Source: a virus (taxonomy: Duplodnaviria; Caudoviricetes). Taken from it: a stretch of 35,863 nt of DNA. The notes beneath the pieces are model-generated. The model was not told the DNA's origin and did not search any database. It saw only the letters and a program-made list of their open reading frames with translations. The stretch is from positions 1 through 35,863 of the IMG/VR virus record IMGVR_UViG_3300005758_000103; one strand, 5' to 3'. The translations under genes and the position numbers were made by a program. This document shows positions 1 to 8,954 of the stretch, piece after piece; position 1 is the first letter of the stretch; each line of letters opens with the position of its first letter.

Positions 1-22
1 GGAACAGGAACAGGAACAGGAA
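1..22 (+). repeat. GGAACA hexamer tandem repeat (encodes EQEQEQE)
   Basis: ggaaca x3 + ggaa at the window start. Confidence 0.8.
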
Positions 23-307
23 GCCGCGCCCGCCGCTCCGCGTCGAGCCAAACCGAAAACCCCTCTCCCTGGAAACTTCGCGGTCTCGGATCGGGTGAAG
101 TCCTGGGCGACCCGAGAGAAATTCTCGGAGGCCCGGGTGTCGGCCAACTTCGCCAAGTTCGTCCTGTGGGCCCAGAGCAAGGATTCCCGGTACTCCGACT
201 GGGATGCCGCCCTGATGACCGCGATCCGGGATGACTGGGCCAAGGTCGGGGATGCCGGAACCGCTGGTGGCGAACCTGTCAGCCCGTACCGGAGGTTCCA
301 GCCGTGA
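2..307 (+). CDS. Phage replication initiator, C-terminal part (5' truncated by window edge); DnaT-like C-terminal domain
   Basis: Frame is open from nt 2: EQEQEQEAAPAAPRRAKPKTPLPGNF...FAKFVLWAQSKDSRYSDWDAALMTAIRDDW. The EQEQE linker and 'Y.DW.AA....IR' motif are typical of lambdoid initiators. Stop overlaps the dnaB GTG. Confidence 0.75.
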   Translation, partial: EQEQEQEAAPAAPRRAKPKTPLPGNFAVSDRVKSWATREKFSEARVSANFAKFVLWAQSKDSRYSDWDAALMTAIRDDWAKVGDAGTAGGEPVSPYRRFQP

Positions 308-1629
308 GCGAAATCGACCCGCGCTTCAACCTCGAGGCCGAGGCCCTGGTGCTGGGCGGCCTGATGACCGACCCCACCGCCTGGGACCGCTGCGGCCACC
401 TGGTCCGCCCGGATGACTTTTTCCGCCACGACCACCGCGCCATCTTCGTCGCCATCGCCGGCCTGATGGCCGATGGCAAGCCGGTGGAGGTCGTGTCCGT
501 CGCTGATCGCCTGCAGGAGTGCGGCGAGCTTGAGACCGCGGGCGGGTTCGTGGTGCTGGGCAAACTGGCGACCACCACCCACAGCACCGCGCACATCGAC
601 CACTACGCCCGGATCATCGCCGAGAAGGCCATGTACCGCCGCGTGGTTGCCGCCATCGGCGACGCCAGCAGGATCGTGGAGGGGCAGCAGGACAAGCCCA
701 TCGCCGAGCGTGTCCAGGAGGCCTGTGGGCTGATCCAGGACGCGGTGGAGGCCGACCTCTCTGCCGAAGTCCCGCTGCTGTACGAGTACGGCCGGGAGTG
801 GGTGGAAAACCATGAGCGCCTGTACAACTCCGGCAGTCAGTTCATCGGCCTGCCCACCGGCTTCCGGGATCTGGACAAGGTCACGATGGGAATGCCGGCC
901 GGCGAGATCATCATCGTGGCCGCCCGCCCGAGCATGGGCAAATCCGCTTTCGCCCTGAACATCTGCAGTCACAACGCCGACGCCGGCAAGTCCGTATTCA
1001 TCGCCTCGCTCGAGATGCCGCGCTCTGCGGTCATGAACCGCTTTGCCGCATCTGTCGGCAACTGCGACTACGGCAAGGTGCGCGCTGCCAGGTTCGACGA
1101 GGTCGGCGACGGGATGACCCGCTTCGCCGAGCGCATGAGGGGCTGGCGACTGGCGGTTGATGACCGCCCCAGCCTGGACGTGAACCGGTTGGAGTCCATG
1201 CTGCGCGCCCACCGCCGCCGCCACGGCTTGGATCTGGCGATGGTGGACTACCTGCAGCTGATGGACATGGGCAAGGAGCCGAACCGGGTGAACGCCGTGA
1301 CCGCCCTGACGCGCCAGCTCAAGGTGCTGGCCGGCGTCCTGCAGATCCCGATCATCGTCCTGTCGCAGCTCAACCGCTCCTGCGAGTCCCGCACTGACAA
1401 GCGCCCGCTGATGTCCGACCTGCGCGACTCCGGCTCCATCGAGCAGGACGCACACACGCTGCTCTTCCTGTACCGGGACGAGGTTTACAACCCGAACACC
1501 GACCAGAAGGGGGTCACGGAGGTCATCGTGGCCAAGGCCCGCGACTCTGAGCGCGGCGTGATCATCCCCCTGGCAACCCAGCTCAACCGCATGAAGTTCG
1601 CCGACATGGCAAGGGGTGGATACGAATGA
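304..1629 (+). CDS. dnaB: Replicative DNA helicase (DnaB family)
   Basis: N-terminal EAEALVLGGL; Walker A AARPSMGKS; SLEM; VDYLQL; LSQLNR; DLRDSGSIEQDA. Confidence 0.97.
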   Translation: MSEIDPRFNLEAEALVLGGLMTDPTAWDRCGHLVRPDDFFRHDHRAIFVAIAGLMADGKPVEVVSVADRLQECGELETAGGFVVLGKLATTTHSTAHIDHYARIIAEKAMYRRVVAAIGDASRIVEGQQDKPIAERVQEACGLIQDAVEADLSAEVPLLYEYGREWVENHERLYNSGSQFIGLPTGFRDLDKVTMGMPAGEIIIVAARPSMGKSAFALNICSHNADAGKSVFIASLEMPRSAVMNRFAASVGNCDYGKVRAARFDEVGDGMTRFAERMRGWRLAVDDRPSLDVNRLESMLRAHRRRHGLDLAMVDYLQLMDMGKEPNRVNAVTALTRQLKVLAGVLQIPIIVLSQLNRSCESRTDKRPLMSDLRDSGSIEQDAHTLLFLYRDEVYNPNTDQKGVTEVIVAKARDSERGVIIPLATQLNRMKFADMARGGYE

Positions 1630-1766
1630 CCGCCAGGGAAAAGGCGCTGGCCGCTGCCAAGCGCATGAAAACGACAAGCCGGCCGTCGCAGACGGTCAAG
1701 ACCTGGGCCAAGCACATGCGCGCCGTCATCGCTGAGGCCGCGCTGATCGTAGGGAAGCCGGAATGA
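1626..1766 (+). CDS. Hypothetical protein (46 aa)
   Basis: MTAREKALAAAKRMK...; ATGA overlaps at both ends exactly fill the gap. Confidence 0.65.
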   Translation: MTAREKALAAAKRMKTTSRPSQTVKTWAKHMRAVIAEAALIVGKPE

Positions 1767-1948
1767 ACGCCCTGACCATCCTGTTCCTGTTCCTGATGTT
1801 CACCCTGCTGTGGTTCGTGCTCGAGCGCGCCGGCCGCCGAAGCCGCCCGTTGCCGGATCCGCGTGTCCGCGAGCTGCTGGAGCACGAGCAGGCGGCCCAT
1901 GACGGGTTCATGCGCACCCTGCGCCGGGTGGGGAGGCTGCCGGAATGA
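1763..1948 (+). CDS. Small membrane protein
   Basis: Hydrophobic N-terminus LTILFLFLMFTLLWFVL; ATGA overlaps. Confidence 0.7.
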   Translation: MNALTILFLFLMFTLLWFVLERAGRRSRPLPDPRVRELLEHEQAAHDGFMRTLRRVGRLPE

Positions 1949-2262
1949 CCCTCTTCGTGATGACCCGCCAGCGCTACGAGATCCTGTGCGCCCTGCGCAC
2001 TGAGGCCCATACCGTCAACGAGCTGCAGGCCGCCCTGAGCATCCCGCACTACAACACCTGCGCCGCCATGGTGATTGCCCTGCGCAATGCCAAGCTGATC
2101 GAGTTCCGCGGCTTCCGCCACACCCATGGCGCCCCCGGGCCGCGCCCGGTGCAGTACATCCTCACCCAGCTGGGCGAGGCCGCCATCCAGGCGACCCGAG
2201 TCCAGATCGCGGTGCAGGATCGCGCCTTCGTCGACCTCGAGAAGCTGGAGGTGGCGGCGTGA
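1945..2262 (+). CDS. Winged-helix DNA-binding protein (PadR/MarR-like)
   Basis: EILCAL...TVNELQAALSI...LRNAKLIE...PGPRPVQYILTQLG winged-helix pattern. Confidence 0.65.
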   Translation: MTLFVMTRQRYEILCALRTEAHTVNELQAALSIPHYNTCAAMVIALRNAKLIEFRGFRHTHGAPGPRPVQYILTQLGEAAIQATRVQIAVQDRAFVDLEKLEVAA

Positions 2263-2342
2263 AGGACATCCCCGTCTGGCTGCCGTGGGTGGCTGTGGTT
2301 GTGGCCATCGCCATCCTGATCTGGATCGGGAGCGACGAATGA
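2259..2342 (+). CDS. Small membrane peptide (27 aa)
   Basis: MKDIPVWLPWVAVVVAIAILIWIGSDE; GGAGG SD; GTGA/ATGA overlaps with neighbours. Confidence 0.55.
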   Translation: MKDIPVWLPWVAVVVAIAILIWIGSDE

Positions 2343-2695
2343 TCATGCTCGAGATGCCGTGGCCGCCCCGCGAGCTCTCGCCCAATGCCCGGGTCCACTG
2401 GGCGGTGCGCAGCCGCAAGGCGAAGGCCTATCGCGCCGCCTGCTACCTGGTCACCCGGGCCGAATGCCTCACGGTGGGGGATGGCGCGCTGTCCATGTCC
2501 CTGGTCTTCGTGCCGCCCACCCGCCGCGGCCGCGACGATGACAACCTGATCGCCAGCTTCAAGGCGGGCCGGGACGGCATCGCCCAGGCCCTCGGCATTG
2601 ACGACAGCCGGATCCGCCTGGAGAAGCCACAGATCAGCGACCAGACCACGCCGGGCGGCCGGGTGTTCGTGACCCTGCGCGAGGTGCCGGCATGA
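2339..2695 (+). CDS. rusA: RusA-family Holliday junction resolvase
   Basis: LEMPWPPRELSPN...FVPPTRRGRDDDNLIASFKAGRDGIAQALGIDD (D-x-D-N..K...D catalytic motif); start placed at the ATGA overlap. Confidence 0.88.
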   Translation: MIMLEMPWPPRELSPNARVHWAVRSRKAKAYRAACYLVTRAECLTVGDGALSMSLVFVPPTRRGRDDDNLIASFKAGRDGIAQALGIDDSRIRLEKPQISDQTTPGGRVFVTLREVPA

Positions 2696-3195
2696 GCAAG
2701 CGCAAGACCCGTCCCGCCTACATGACCTGCCGGGTGCTGATGGACCCAGAGACTGGCGAGCTGGTGCCCGCCCTGGTTGCCTCCTCTGACATCGACCGCG
2801 CGATCCTGCGCCAGAAGCGGGTGGCCAAGGGCCGGGAATACCGCGTCATCGTGGAGCAGGCCCGCAGCGCGAAGTTCCACCGCCTGGTGCACGCCCTCGG
2901 CCAGCTGGTGGTGGAGAACGTCGACGCCTTCGCCGGGCTGGATGCCCATGCCGCGATCAAGCGCCTGCAGCGCGAGGCCGGCATCTGCTGCGAGGAGCAG
3001 GAGATCACCATCCCCGGGCTCGGCTCCTTGACTGTGAAGGTGGCGGAGTCGCTGGCCTTTGACTGCATGGACGAGGCGGCCTTCCGCCAGCTCTACCAGG
3101 GCATCTGCGCGCACATCGCGGCGACCTACTGGCCCGAACTGCCGGCTGATGCGGTCGACGCCATGGCGGACCTGATGCCGGAGGTGGCGGCGTGA
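2692..3195 (+). CDS. DUF1367-like nin-region protein
   Basis: R..KFHR...ALG and SLAFDCMDEAAFRQLY motifs; nin-region position. Confidence 0.65.
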   Translation: MSKRKTRPAYMTCRVLMDPETGELVPALVASSDIDRAILRQKRVAKGREYRVIVEQARSAKFHRLVHALGQLVVENVDAFAGLDAHAAIKRLQREAGICCEEQEITIPGLGSLTVKVAESLAFDCMDEAAFRQLYQGICAHIAATYWPELPADAVDAMADLMPEVAA

Positions 3196-3368
3196 AGACC
3201 TTTGCCACCCACCAGCAGCGCGTCACCTTCGTGGAGGCCCTCATGGACCTCTTCTGGCGCGGGTACGAGGGCGACCCCCTCGACATGGCCGAGCGGGCTG
3301 CCCTGGACGACGCGACCTTCGAGATCTACCGCATGGGCCAGCAGCAGTTCCTGAAGGACACCGTATGA
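3192..3368 (+). CDS. Hypothetical protein (58 aa)
   Basis: MKTFATHQQRVTFVEALMDLFWRG...; GGAGG SD; overlaps at both ends. Confidence 0.6.
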   Translation: MKTFATHQQRVTFVEALMDLFWRGYEGDPLDMAERAALDDATFEIYRMGQQQFLKDTV

Positions 3369-3652
3369 GCAAGGCCGAACAACGCCACAAGGACGCCGTG
3401 GCACGGCTGGGCTGCATCGTCTGCCGCAACCTGGGCAAGGGCCACTCCCCGGCAGAAATCCACCACGTCCGCTTCAACCAGGGACTCAGCCAGCGGGCCA
3501 GCGACTTCGAGGTGCTGCCCCTCTGCTACCTCCACCACAACGCCGGCATCCACGGGGTGAGCTTCCACGCCGGCCGGAGGACATGGGAGGCGGAATACGG
3601 GACCGAGGCAGAACTGCTGGAGCAGGTGCGGGTGCTGTTGGGGACGGACTGA
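3365..3652 (+). CDS. Ref-family / DUF968-like HNH nuclease
   Basis: LGCIVC...AEIHH...VLPLCYLHH...FHAGRRTWEAEYGTE. Confidence 0.85.
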   Translation: MSKAEQRHKDAVARLGCIVCRNLGKGHSPAEIHHVRFNQGLSQRASDFEVLPLCYLHHNAGIHGVSFHAGRRTWEAEYGTEAELLEQVRVLLGTD

Positions 3653-3694
3653 CACATTTATCGCGTGCGCGCGCGTTTAAGGACAGGGGACGAC

Positions 3695-3946
3695 ATGCGG
3701 ATCACCAAGACACGAGACCAGCGGGTGGACTGGTTCGCCATCTTGAACGAGCTCAACCGGGCGGGCTTCCCGAACACGCGGGTAGCGGCGGCGACGGCGA
3801 TCCCGCGGCAGACGCTGTGCGGGTACAAGAGCGGGGCAGAGCCGCGGCACCAGGACGGCGAGACGCTGATCACGTTCTGGATGCAGGTGACGAACCGCCA
3901 GCGGCATGAGATCCCGGTGATCTCGGTGTTCTCGCACATGGCGTAA
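3695..3946 (+). CDS. HTH DNA-binding protein, candidate late-gene activator
   Basis: VDWFAILNEL...NTRVAAATAIPRQTLCGYKSGAEPRHQDGETLITFW HTH; last gene before the virion operon; ATG after a purine-rich SD. Confidence 0.7.
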   Translation: MRITKTRDQRVDWFAILNELNRAGFPNTRVAAATAIPRQTLCGYKSGAEPRHQDGETLITFWMQVTNRQRHEIPVISVFSHMA

Positions 3947-3947
3947 T

Positions 3948-3980
3948 GCCGGGAAACCGGCGAGAGGGCGGTCGGATACT
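3948..3980 (+). promoter_or_regulatory. Putative late promoter 1
   Basis: GCCGGGAAACCGGC + 13 nt + GATACT; same architecture at 7333 and 20378. Confidence 0.65.
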
Positions 3981-4011
3981 CGGGCCGTCCCATCATTCTC
4001 GGAGCCCCGCC

Positions 4012-4191
4012 ATGGCGCGAGCCCCCCGCAAGATCAAGGTGCCCGGCGAGAACCAGGCGCCTGCCCCCGTCGAGATCGTCCCGCAGCGCCGTCCGCTGGA
4101 GCCTGACCTCCCGGACGCCAATGACATCGACTCCTCCACGATCATCCACTCGGTCCTGACCAAGCAGGGCTGGGTCTGCCCGAGGAAGTGA
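4012..4191 (+). CDS. Hypothetical protein, first gene of the head operon
   Basis: MARAPRKIKVPGE...LPDANDIDSSTIIHSVLTKQGWVCP; GGAG SD. Confidence 0.7.
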   Translation: MARAPRKIKVPGENQAPAPVEIVPQRRPLEPDLPDANDIDSSTIIHSVLTKQGWVCPRK

Positions 4192-4192
4192 C

Positions 4193-4582
4193 ATGGATAT
4201 CGGCAGCGATCTCAAGAAGGCATGGAAGAGCGTCAAGAAAACGGTGAACGACGTCGTCGGCGACAAGACCTACGACGCGGTCGGCGGATCGGCCGCCATG
4301 CTGGTTAACCCCGGCCTGGCAGCCTCCAAGTCCGGCACGCAGGCGGGGCTCAAGGCGTCCGGCCTGCTGCCTGAGATGCCCGAGATCCCCGCCGGCGAGG
4401 ATCCTGCCGCTGCTGCCCAGCGCGCTGCTGATGAGGCCACAGCCATGGCCAACCAGAAGCAGGCCAGTCGGCGCCGCAGCATCCGCTCCCAGTCCCTGCT
4501 GGCCACTGGCGCCCAGGGCGTGACCAGCGCCGCCCCCACTGCCTCCCTCCTCGCGCAGGGCAAGGCCACGCTCGGAGCCTGA
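4193..4582 (+). CDS. Small virion protein preceding portal (T7 gp7.3-like position)
   Basis: Ala-rich; C-terminal RRRS...SLLATGAQG...KATLGA typical of pre-portal podovirus proteins. Confidence 0.65.
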   Translation: MDIGSDLKKAWKSVKKTVNDVVGDKTYDAVGGSAAMLVNPGLAASKSGTQAGLKASGLLPEMPEIPAGEDPAAAAQRAADEATAMANQKQASRRRSIRSQSLLATGAQGVTSAAPTASLLAQGKATLGA

Positions 4583-4583
4583 C

Positions 4584-6182
4584 ATGGCCAACGCCGACCA
4601 CATCGTCCGCCGCCTGGGCCAGCTCAAGTCCCTGCGGTCCATCCACGAGAAGACCTACCGGGACTGCTACGACTACACGTTCCCCATGCGCGGATCCGGC
4701 TGGCTGCAGAATACGCTCACCGCCGACCAGGCCCGGGCCAAGCGTGCCGAGCTGCTCGACAGCACTGCCACCGATGCCGCCCGCATCCTTGCCTCCAGTT
4801 TGATGGGCGGCCTCACCCCGGCCAACTCCCGCTGGTTCGCCATGGATGTGCAGGGCGCGTCCGATGAGGAAAGCCGCTGGCTCGATAGCGCGGCCACTAC
4901 CCTGTGGGAGAACATTCACGCGGGCAACTTCGACGCCGCGGCGTTCGAGGCCATGCTCGACGCGGTGTGCGCCGGCTGGTTCGCGCTCTACGTCGACGAG
5001 GACAAGGAGCGGGGCGGGTTCAGCTTCCAGCAGTGGGCGCTGCCGCAGATCTACGCCGCCACCACCCGGCCGGATGGCGTCATCGACACCGTGTACCGCG
5101 AGTTCGAGCTGACTGCCGAGCAGGCTGTCCAGGAGTACGGCGAGGACAAGGTGTCGGACCAGCTGCGCAAGCTGGCCGTGGATAAGCCGGACGAGAAGGT
5201 GAAGTTCTGCCATGCCATCGAGCTGCGCCGCATGAGCGTGCCCGGCGCCCGGCTGGCCAAGAACCTGCCGTTCGCCTCCACCCATGTCGAACTGGCCACC
5301 AACAAGCCGGTGCGCGAGTCGGGCTATCACGAGATGCCCGTCATCGTCCCGCGCTGGATGGTCATCCCCGGCACCACCTACGGCATCGGCCCGGTGTTCG
5401 ACGCGCTGCCGGACATCAAGACCCTGAACGAGCTCAAGGCCATGGAGATGGCGGCCGCTGACCTGGCTGTCGCCGGCATGTGGATCGCCGAGGATGATGG
5501 CGTCCTGAATCCCCGCAGCATGAAGGTCGGCCCGCGCAAGGTCATCGTTGCCAACAGCGTCGACAGCATCAAGCCGCTGTCCACCGGGTCCGACTTCAAC
5601 GTCAGCTTCAGCATGGCGGACAAGCTGCAGGCCGCGATCCGCAAGACCCTGATGGCCGACCAGCTGCAGCCCCAGGACGGCCCGGCCATGACCGCGACCG
5701 AGGTGCACGTCCGCGTCGGCCTGATCCGCCAGATGCTGGGTCCGGTCTATGGCCGCTTGCAGGCCGAATACTTGCAGCCGCTGATCACCCGCTGCTTCGG
5801 CATCGCCTTCCGCGCTGGCGTGTTCACCGCGCCGCCCGAGACCCTGGCGGGCCGCGACTTCTCCATCCGCTTCATCTCGCCGGTGGCCCGCGCCCAGAAG
5901 CTGGAGGAGGTCTCCGCCATCGACAGCTACATGCAGGGGCTGTTCCTGCAGCTGCAGGCCGGGCAGACCGACGCGCTCGACCTGATCGACCTGGATGAGG
6001 CCAACCGCTTCCGCGGCGAGGCGCTGGGCGTGCCGTCCAAGATCATCCCGGCGGCCAATGCCGTGAAGCGCCTCCGCGCCGAGCGCGCGCAGGCCCAGCA
6101 GGCGGCACAGCAGCAGCAGATGGCGCAGGCCATGCAGGGCGCTGCGCTTGAGGCTGGCATGCAGCAGGTGGCCAACCAGTGA
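4584..6182 (+). CDS. Portal / head-to-tail connector (T7 gp8 / BPP-1-like)
   Basis: 532 aa; LASSLMGGLTPANSRWF, PRW...YGIGP, MTATEV...LGPVYGRLQAEYLQPLI, Q-rich tail. Confidence 0.93.
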   Translation: MANADHIVRRLGQLKSLRSIHEKTYRDCYDYTFPMRGSGWLQNTLTADQARAKRAELLDSTATDAARILASSLMGGLTPANSRWFAMDVQGASDEESRWLDSAATTLWENIHAGNFDAAAFEAMLDAVCAGWFALYVDEDKERGGFSFQQWALPQIYAATTRPDGVIDTVYREFELTAEQAVQEYGEDKVSDQLRKLAVDKPDEKVKFCHAIELRRMSVPGARLAKNLPFASTHVELATNKPVRESGYHEMPVIVPRWMVIPGTTYGIGPVFDALPDIKTLNELKAMEMAAADLAVAGMWIAEDDGVLNPRSMKVGPRKVIVANSVDSIKPLSTGSDFNVSFSMADKLQAAIRKTLMADQLQPQDGPAMTATEVHVRVGLIRQMLGPVYGRLQAEYLQPLITRCFGIAFRAGVFTAPPETLAGRDFSIRFISPVARAQKLEEVSAIDSYMQGLFLQLQAGQTDALDLIDLDEANRFRGEALGVPSKIIPAANAVKRLRAERAQAQQAAQQQQMAQAMQGAALEAGMQQVANQ

Positions 6183-6415
6183 CCGACCGCCTGCCGCCCG
6201 AGGTCTATGCCCGCGTCTTCGAGAACCACGCCGAGGGCGTGCAGATCCTGGACGAGCTCATCAACCGCTTCGGCCGCAACCCGTATGTGCGGGGCGGGCT
6301 GGAAGCGCAACGCCAGACCGACTTCAACGCCGGCCAGAACGAGGTGGTGCAGTTCATCCTCCGCCGGATCAACCAAGCCCATGGGGTAGATACCAATGTT
6401 CAAGATGAAGACTGA
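6179..6415 (+). CDS. Bbp19-like small head-module protein
   Basis: YARVFE..EGVQILDELINRF...TDFNAGQNEVVQFI; lies between portal and scaffold. Confidence 0.75.
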   Translation: MTDRLPPEVYARVFENHAEGVQILDELINRFGRNPYVRGGLEAQRQTDFNAGQNEVVQFILRRINQAHGVDTNVQDED

Positions 6416-7277
6416 CCTGCTTGAGCAGGCTCCTGCTGATGGCCAGCCCGCTGGCGGCGCCGCTCCTGCTCCCGCCGCTCCTGCTCCTGCTGCTCCCGCC
6501 GACCCCGCAGCTCCTGCTGCTGGCGGCACGCTGCTGGCACAGGCGCAGCCGACGGTGACCTATGACTGGCTGCCCGAGAAGCACCGCGTCGTGAAGGAAG
6601 ACGGCGCCGTCGACATCGAGGCCTCGGCGCGCAAAGTGGCGGAAGCCTACAGCCACGCCGAGAAGCGCATCGGCTCCGGCGACCTGCCGCCCAAGGCCGC
6701 AGACGAATACAAGGTCGAGGTGCCAGAAGCCCTGAAGGGCGAGTGGGACGCCGAGGCCGACGAGGTGATCAAGGAGCTCAAGGAGGAGGCGCTGGCCAAC
6801 GGCCTCACCCAGAAGCAGTTCGACTTCATGATGGGCCGCTACTTCCAGCTCCTGCCCGCGATGGCCGTAGCCACGCAGGAGCTCGCCGTCGAACAGGCCA
6901 CCACTGAGCTGCAGAAGGTGTGGAAGCAGCCGCAGGAGATGACAAAGAATTTGCAGCAGGCGGCCCGCGCCTGGGAGGCCTATGCCCCGGCCGGCATGGA
7001 CATGAACAACCCGCGCTATGGCAACGACCCGGTGCTGCTGCAGATCCTCGCCAAGATCGGCGCGGAGATGCAGGAAGACGCGCCGCCCGTGCAGGGCGCT
7101 GGCGTGGCTCCGGCGAACTGGGATGACCAGGTGGCGAGCCTGCGCGCGCACCCTGGATATGCCGACAAGAACCACCCCGAGCACAGCAAGGTCATGCAGC
7201 AGATCACCGCGCTCTACGAGAAGAAGCACGGCACGAAGCCCCAGATGCTGGGCGGTGGCGCGACGATCTCTCTCTGA
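6396..7277 (+). CDS. Capsid scaffolding/assembly protein
   Basis: PAAPAPAAP low-complexity N-terminus, acidic helical body, GLTQKQF, YADKNHPEH; directly upstream of capsid. Confidence 0.8.
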   Translation: MFKMKTDLLEQAPADGQPAGGAAPAPAAPAPAAPADPAAPAAGGTLLAQAQPTVTYDWLPEKHRVVKEDGAVDIEASARKVAEAYSHAEKRIGSGDLPPKAADEYKVEVPEALKGEWDAEADEVIKELKEEALANGLTQKQFDFMMGRYFQLLPAMAVATQELAVEQATTELQKVWKQPQEMTKNLQQAARAWEAYAPAGMDMNNPRYGNDPVLLQILAKIGAEMQEDAPPVQGAGVAPANWDDQVASLRAHPGYADKNHPEHSKVMQQITALYEKKHGTKPQMLGGGATISL

Positions 7278-7296
7278 TACCCCTCAGCAGCAGCTT

Positions 7297-7320
7297 GGCC
7301 CGCTTCGGCGGGCTTTTTTT
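7297..7320 (+). terminator. Rho-independent terminator
   Basis: GCCCGC-TTCG-GCGGGC followed by a T-tract. Confidence 0.85.
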
Positions 7321-7332
7321 CGCCTGCAAGTA

Positions 7333-7365
7333 GCCGGGATTCCGGCATCCCCTCCGCAACAGCAT
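7333..7365 (+). promoter_or_regulatory. Putative late promoter 2 (capsid)
   Basis: GCCGGGATTCCGGC + 13 nt + CAGCAT, immediately after the terminator. Confidence 0.65.
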
Positions 7366-7376
7366 GAGCGCATCCA

Positions 7377-7469
7377 GTCGGCCCGCGTCAGCGGATACCC
7401 GACCCGCTCATGCAAGCAGCCAATGCCTGAGCGCGAATGCATCTCAGGCCCGCGCCGCGGACACCCTGA
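7377..7469 (+). promoter_or_regulatory. Structured capsid mRNA leader with two homologous stem-loops
   Basis: GTCGG-C-CCGC-gtca-GCGG-ATAC-CCGAC and TCAGG-C-CCGC-gcc-GCGG-ACAC-CCTGA. Confidence 0.55.
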
Positions 7470-7508
7470 ACGGCTGAGTGAACAACATCACCCATTCAGG
7501 AGACAGCA

Positions 7509-8369
7509 ATGTCCAACCAGATCACCGAAGCCTTTGTCGAGCAGTTTGCCGACAACTTCAAGCACCTGGCCCAGCAGGCCACGAGCCGCCTCGAGCGCGC
7601 CGTGATGCTGGAAACCGGTATCCGCGGCATGTCCAAGTCCATCAACCGCATGGGCCTGCGCACCGCCCAGCGTCGTCTGGCCCGCCATGGCGACACCCCG
7701 ATCAACGACCAGCCCCACAGCACCCGCTTCGTGGATCTCTTCGACTGGGAAGACGGCGACATGCTCGACGACCAGGACAAGATCCGCATGCTGGTGGACC
7801 CGAGCTCCGACTACGTCAAGGCCATGGTGCAGTCCCTGAACCGCGCCAAGGACGACGTGATCATCTCGGCCCTCGGCGGTTCTGCTCGTGCCAGCACTGG
7901 CTCGATCGCCCTGCCTTCCGCCCAGAAGATCGCTGTCGGCGCCTCTGGTCTGACCAAGACCAAGATCATCCAGGCCCGCGCCCTGTTCCGCAAAGCCGAA
8001 GCCGATGAGGAAAACGGCGAAGAGCTGTACTTCGCCTACGGCAACAAGCAGATGCAGGACATCATGGCCGACACCACCCTGACCTCTGCCGACTTCATGG
8101 CCGTGCAGATGCTGCAGGAAGGCAAGGTCGGCGTGAAGTGGATGGGCTTCACCTGGATTCCGTCCGAGCGCCTGCCGATCGCCTCGACCACCCGTTCCTG
8201 CTACGCCTGGGCGAAGTCCGGTGTGGCGCTGGGCGTCGGCGAGAACATCGTCACCCGCGTCGGCGAAGACCCGGGCAAGGGCTTCAACGCCCGCATCTAC
8301 GCCAAGATGTCCCTTGGCGCGGTGCGCGTTGAAGAAGAAAAGGTCGTGGAGATCGCCTGCGCTGAATAA
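7509..8369 (+). CDS. Major capsid protein
   Basis: 286 aa; ITEAFVEQFADNFKHLAQQ..SRL, DKIRMLVDP.S.Y, RAKDDVII, MSLGAVRVEEEKVVEI; strong AGGAG SD and strong codon bias. Confidence 0.92.
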   Translation: MSNQITEAFVEQFADNFKHLAQQATSRLERAVMLETGIRGMSKSINRMGLRTAQRRLARHGDTPINDQPHSTRFVDLFDWEDGDMLDDQDKIRMLVDPSSDYVKAMVQSLNRAKDDVIISALGGSARASTGSIALPSAQKIAVGASGLTKTKIIQARALFRKAEADEENGEELYFAYGNKQMQDIMADTTLTSADFMAVQMLQEGKVGVKWMGFTWIPSERLPIASTTRSCYAWAKSGVALGVGENIVTRVGEDPGKGFNARIYAKMSLGAVRVEEEKVVEIACAE

Positions 8370-8404
8370 GCGCAGGTCTCGCCCCCTCATTCAGGAGAAC
8401 TGAA

Positions 8405-8917
8405 ATGGCAGTTGTGAATACCAAGGCCACGGCCATCACCAACGCTGACACCACCACCAGCCAGTCGCTGAACGACAAGCGCCTCGCCGGCGGCATTGCG
8501 AAGTTCGCGGTCGGCACCGTGGAGACCGTCAATGGCGACAGCATCGCCAGCGTGTACCGCTTCGCCCGTGTGCCGTCCGGCGCGCTGGTGTCGCAGATCC
8601 TGCTGTACAGCGACGACATCGGCACCACGACCATCGCCGACTTCGGCCTCTACGACACGGCTGCCGCTGGCGGCGCTGTTGTAGATGCCGACTTCTTCGC
8701 GTCGGCCGTGTCGCTGAAGGACGGCGCTCTGAACGGGACGGACATCACCCACGAGTCCGGCGTCTTCGACATCGACGATGCGGAGAAGCCGCTGTGGCAG
8801 GCACTGGGCCTGACTGCCGATCCCCGCAAGTACTACGACATCTGCGCGACCCTGACGGCCGCCGCTGATGCCGCCGGTACGATCACGCTGAAGATCCGCT
8901 ACCTCGACGGCAACTAA
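8405..8917 (+). CDS. Capsid cement/decoration protein (Bbp16-like)
   Basis: Beta-rich 170 aa directly after capsid; AGGAG SD. Confidence 0.65.
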   Translation: MAVVNTKATAITNADTTTSQSLNDKRLAGGIAKFAVGTVETVNGDSIASVYRFARVPSGALVSQILLYSDDIGTTTIADFGLYDTAAAGGAVVDADFFASAVSLKDGALNGTDITHESGVFDIDDAEKPLWQALGLTADPRKYYDICATLTAAADAAGTITLKIRYLDGN

Positions 8918-8924
8918 GGAGCGG

Positions 8925-8942
8925 GGGGGGCTTCGGCCCCCC
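8925..8942 (+). other. Stable C(UUCG)G hairpin without U-tract
   Basis: GGGGGGC-TTCG-GCCCCCC between cement and tail genes. Confidence 0.6.
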
Positions 8943-8954
8943 TGACCCCTCACC

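Noticed and set aside
6430-6525. GCTCCTGCT-type repeats as a possible array
   Set aside because: They encode the Pro/Ala low-complexity scaffold N-terminus; no spacer structure, so not CRISPR.
8325-8405. T7 10A/10B-style capsid frameshift extension
   Set aside because: No convincing slippery heptamer, and the next gene has its own strong SD and ATG.
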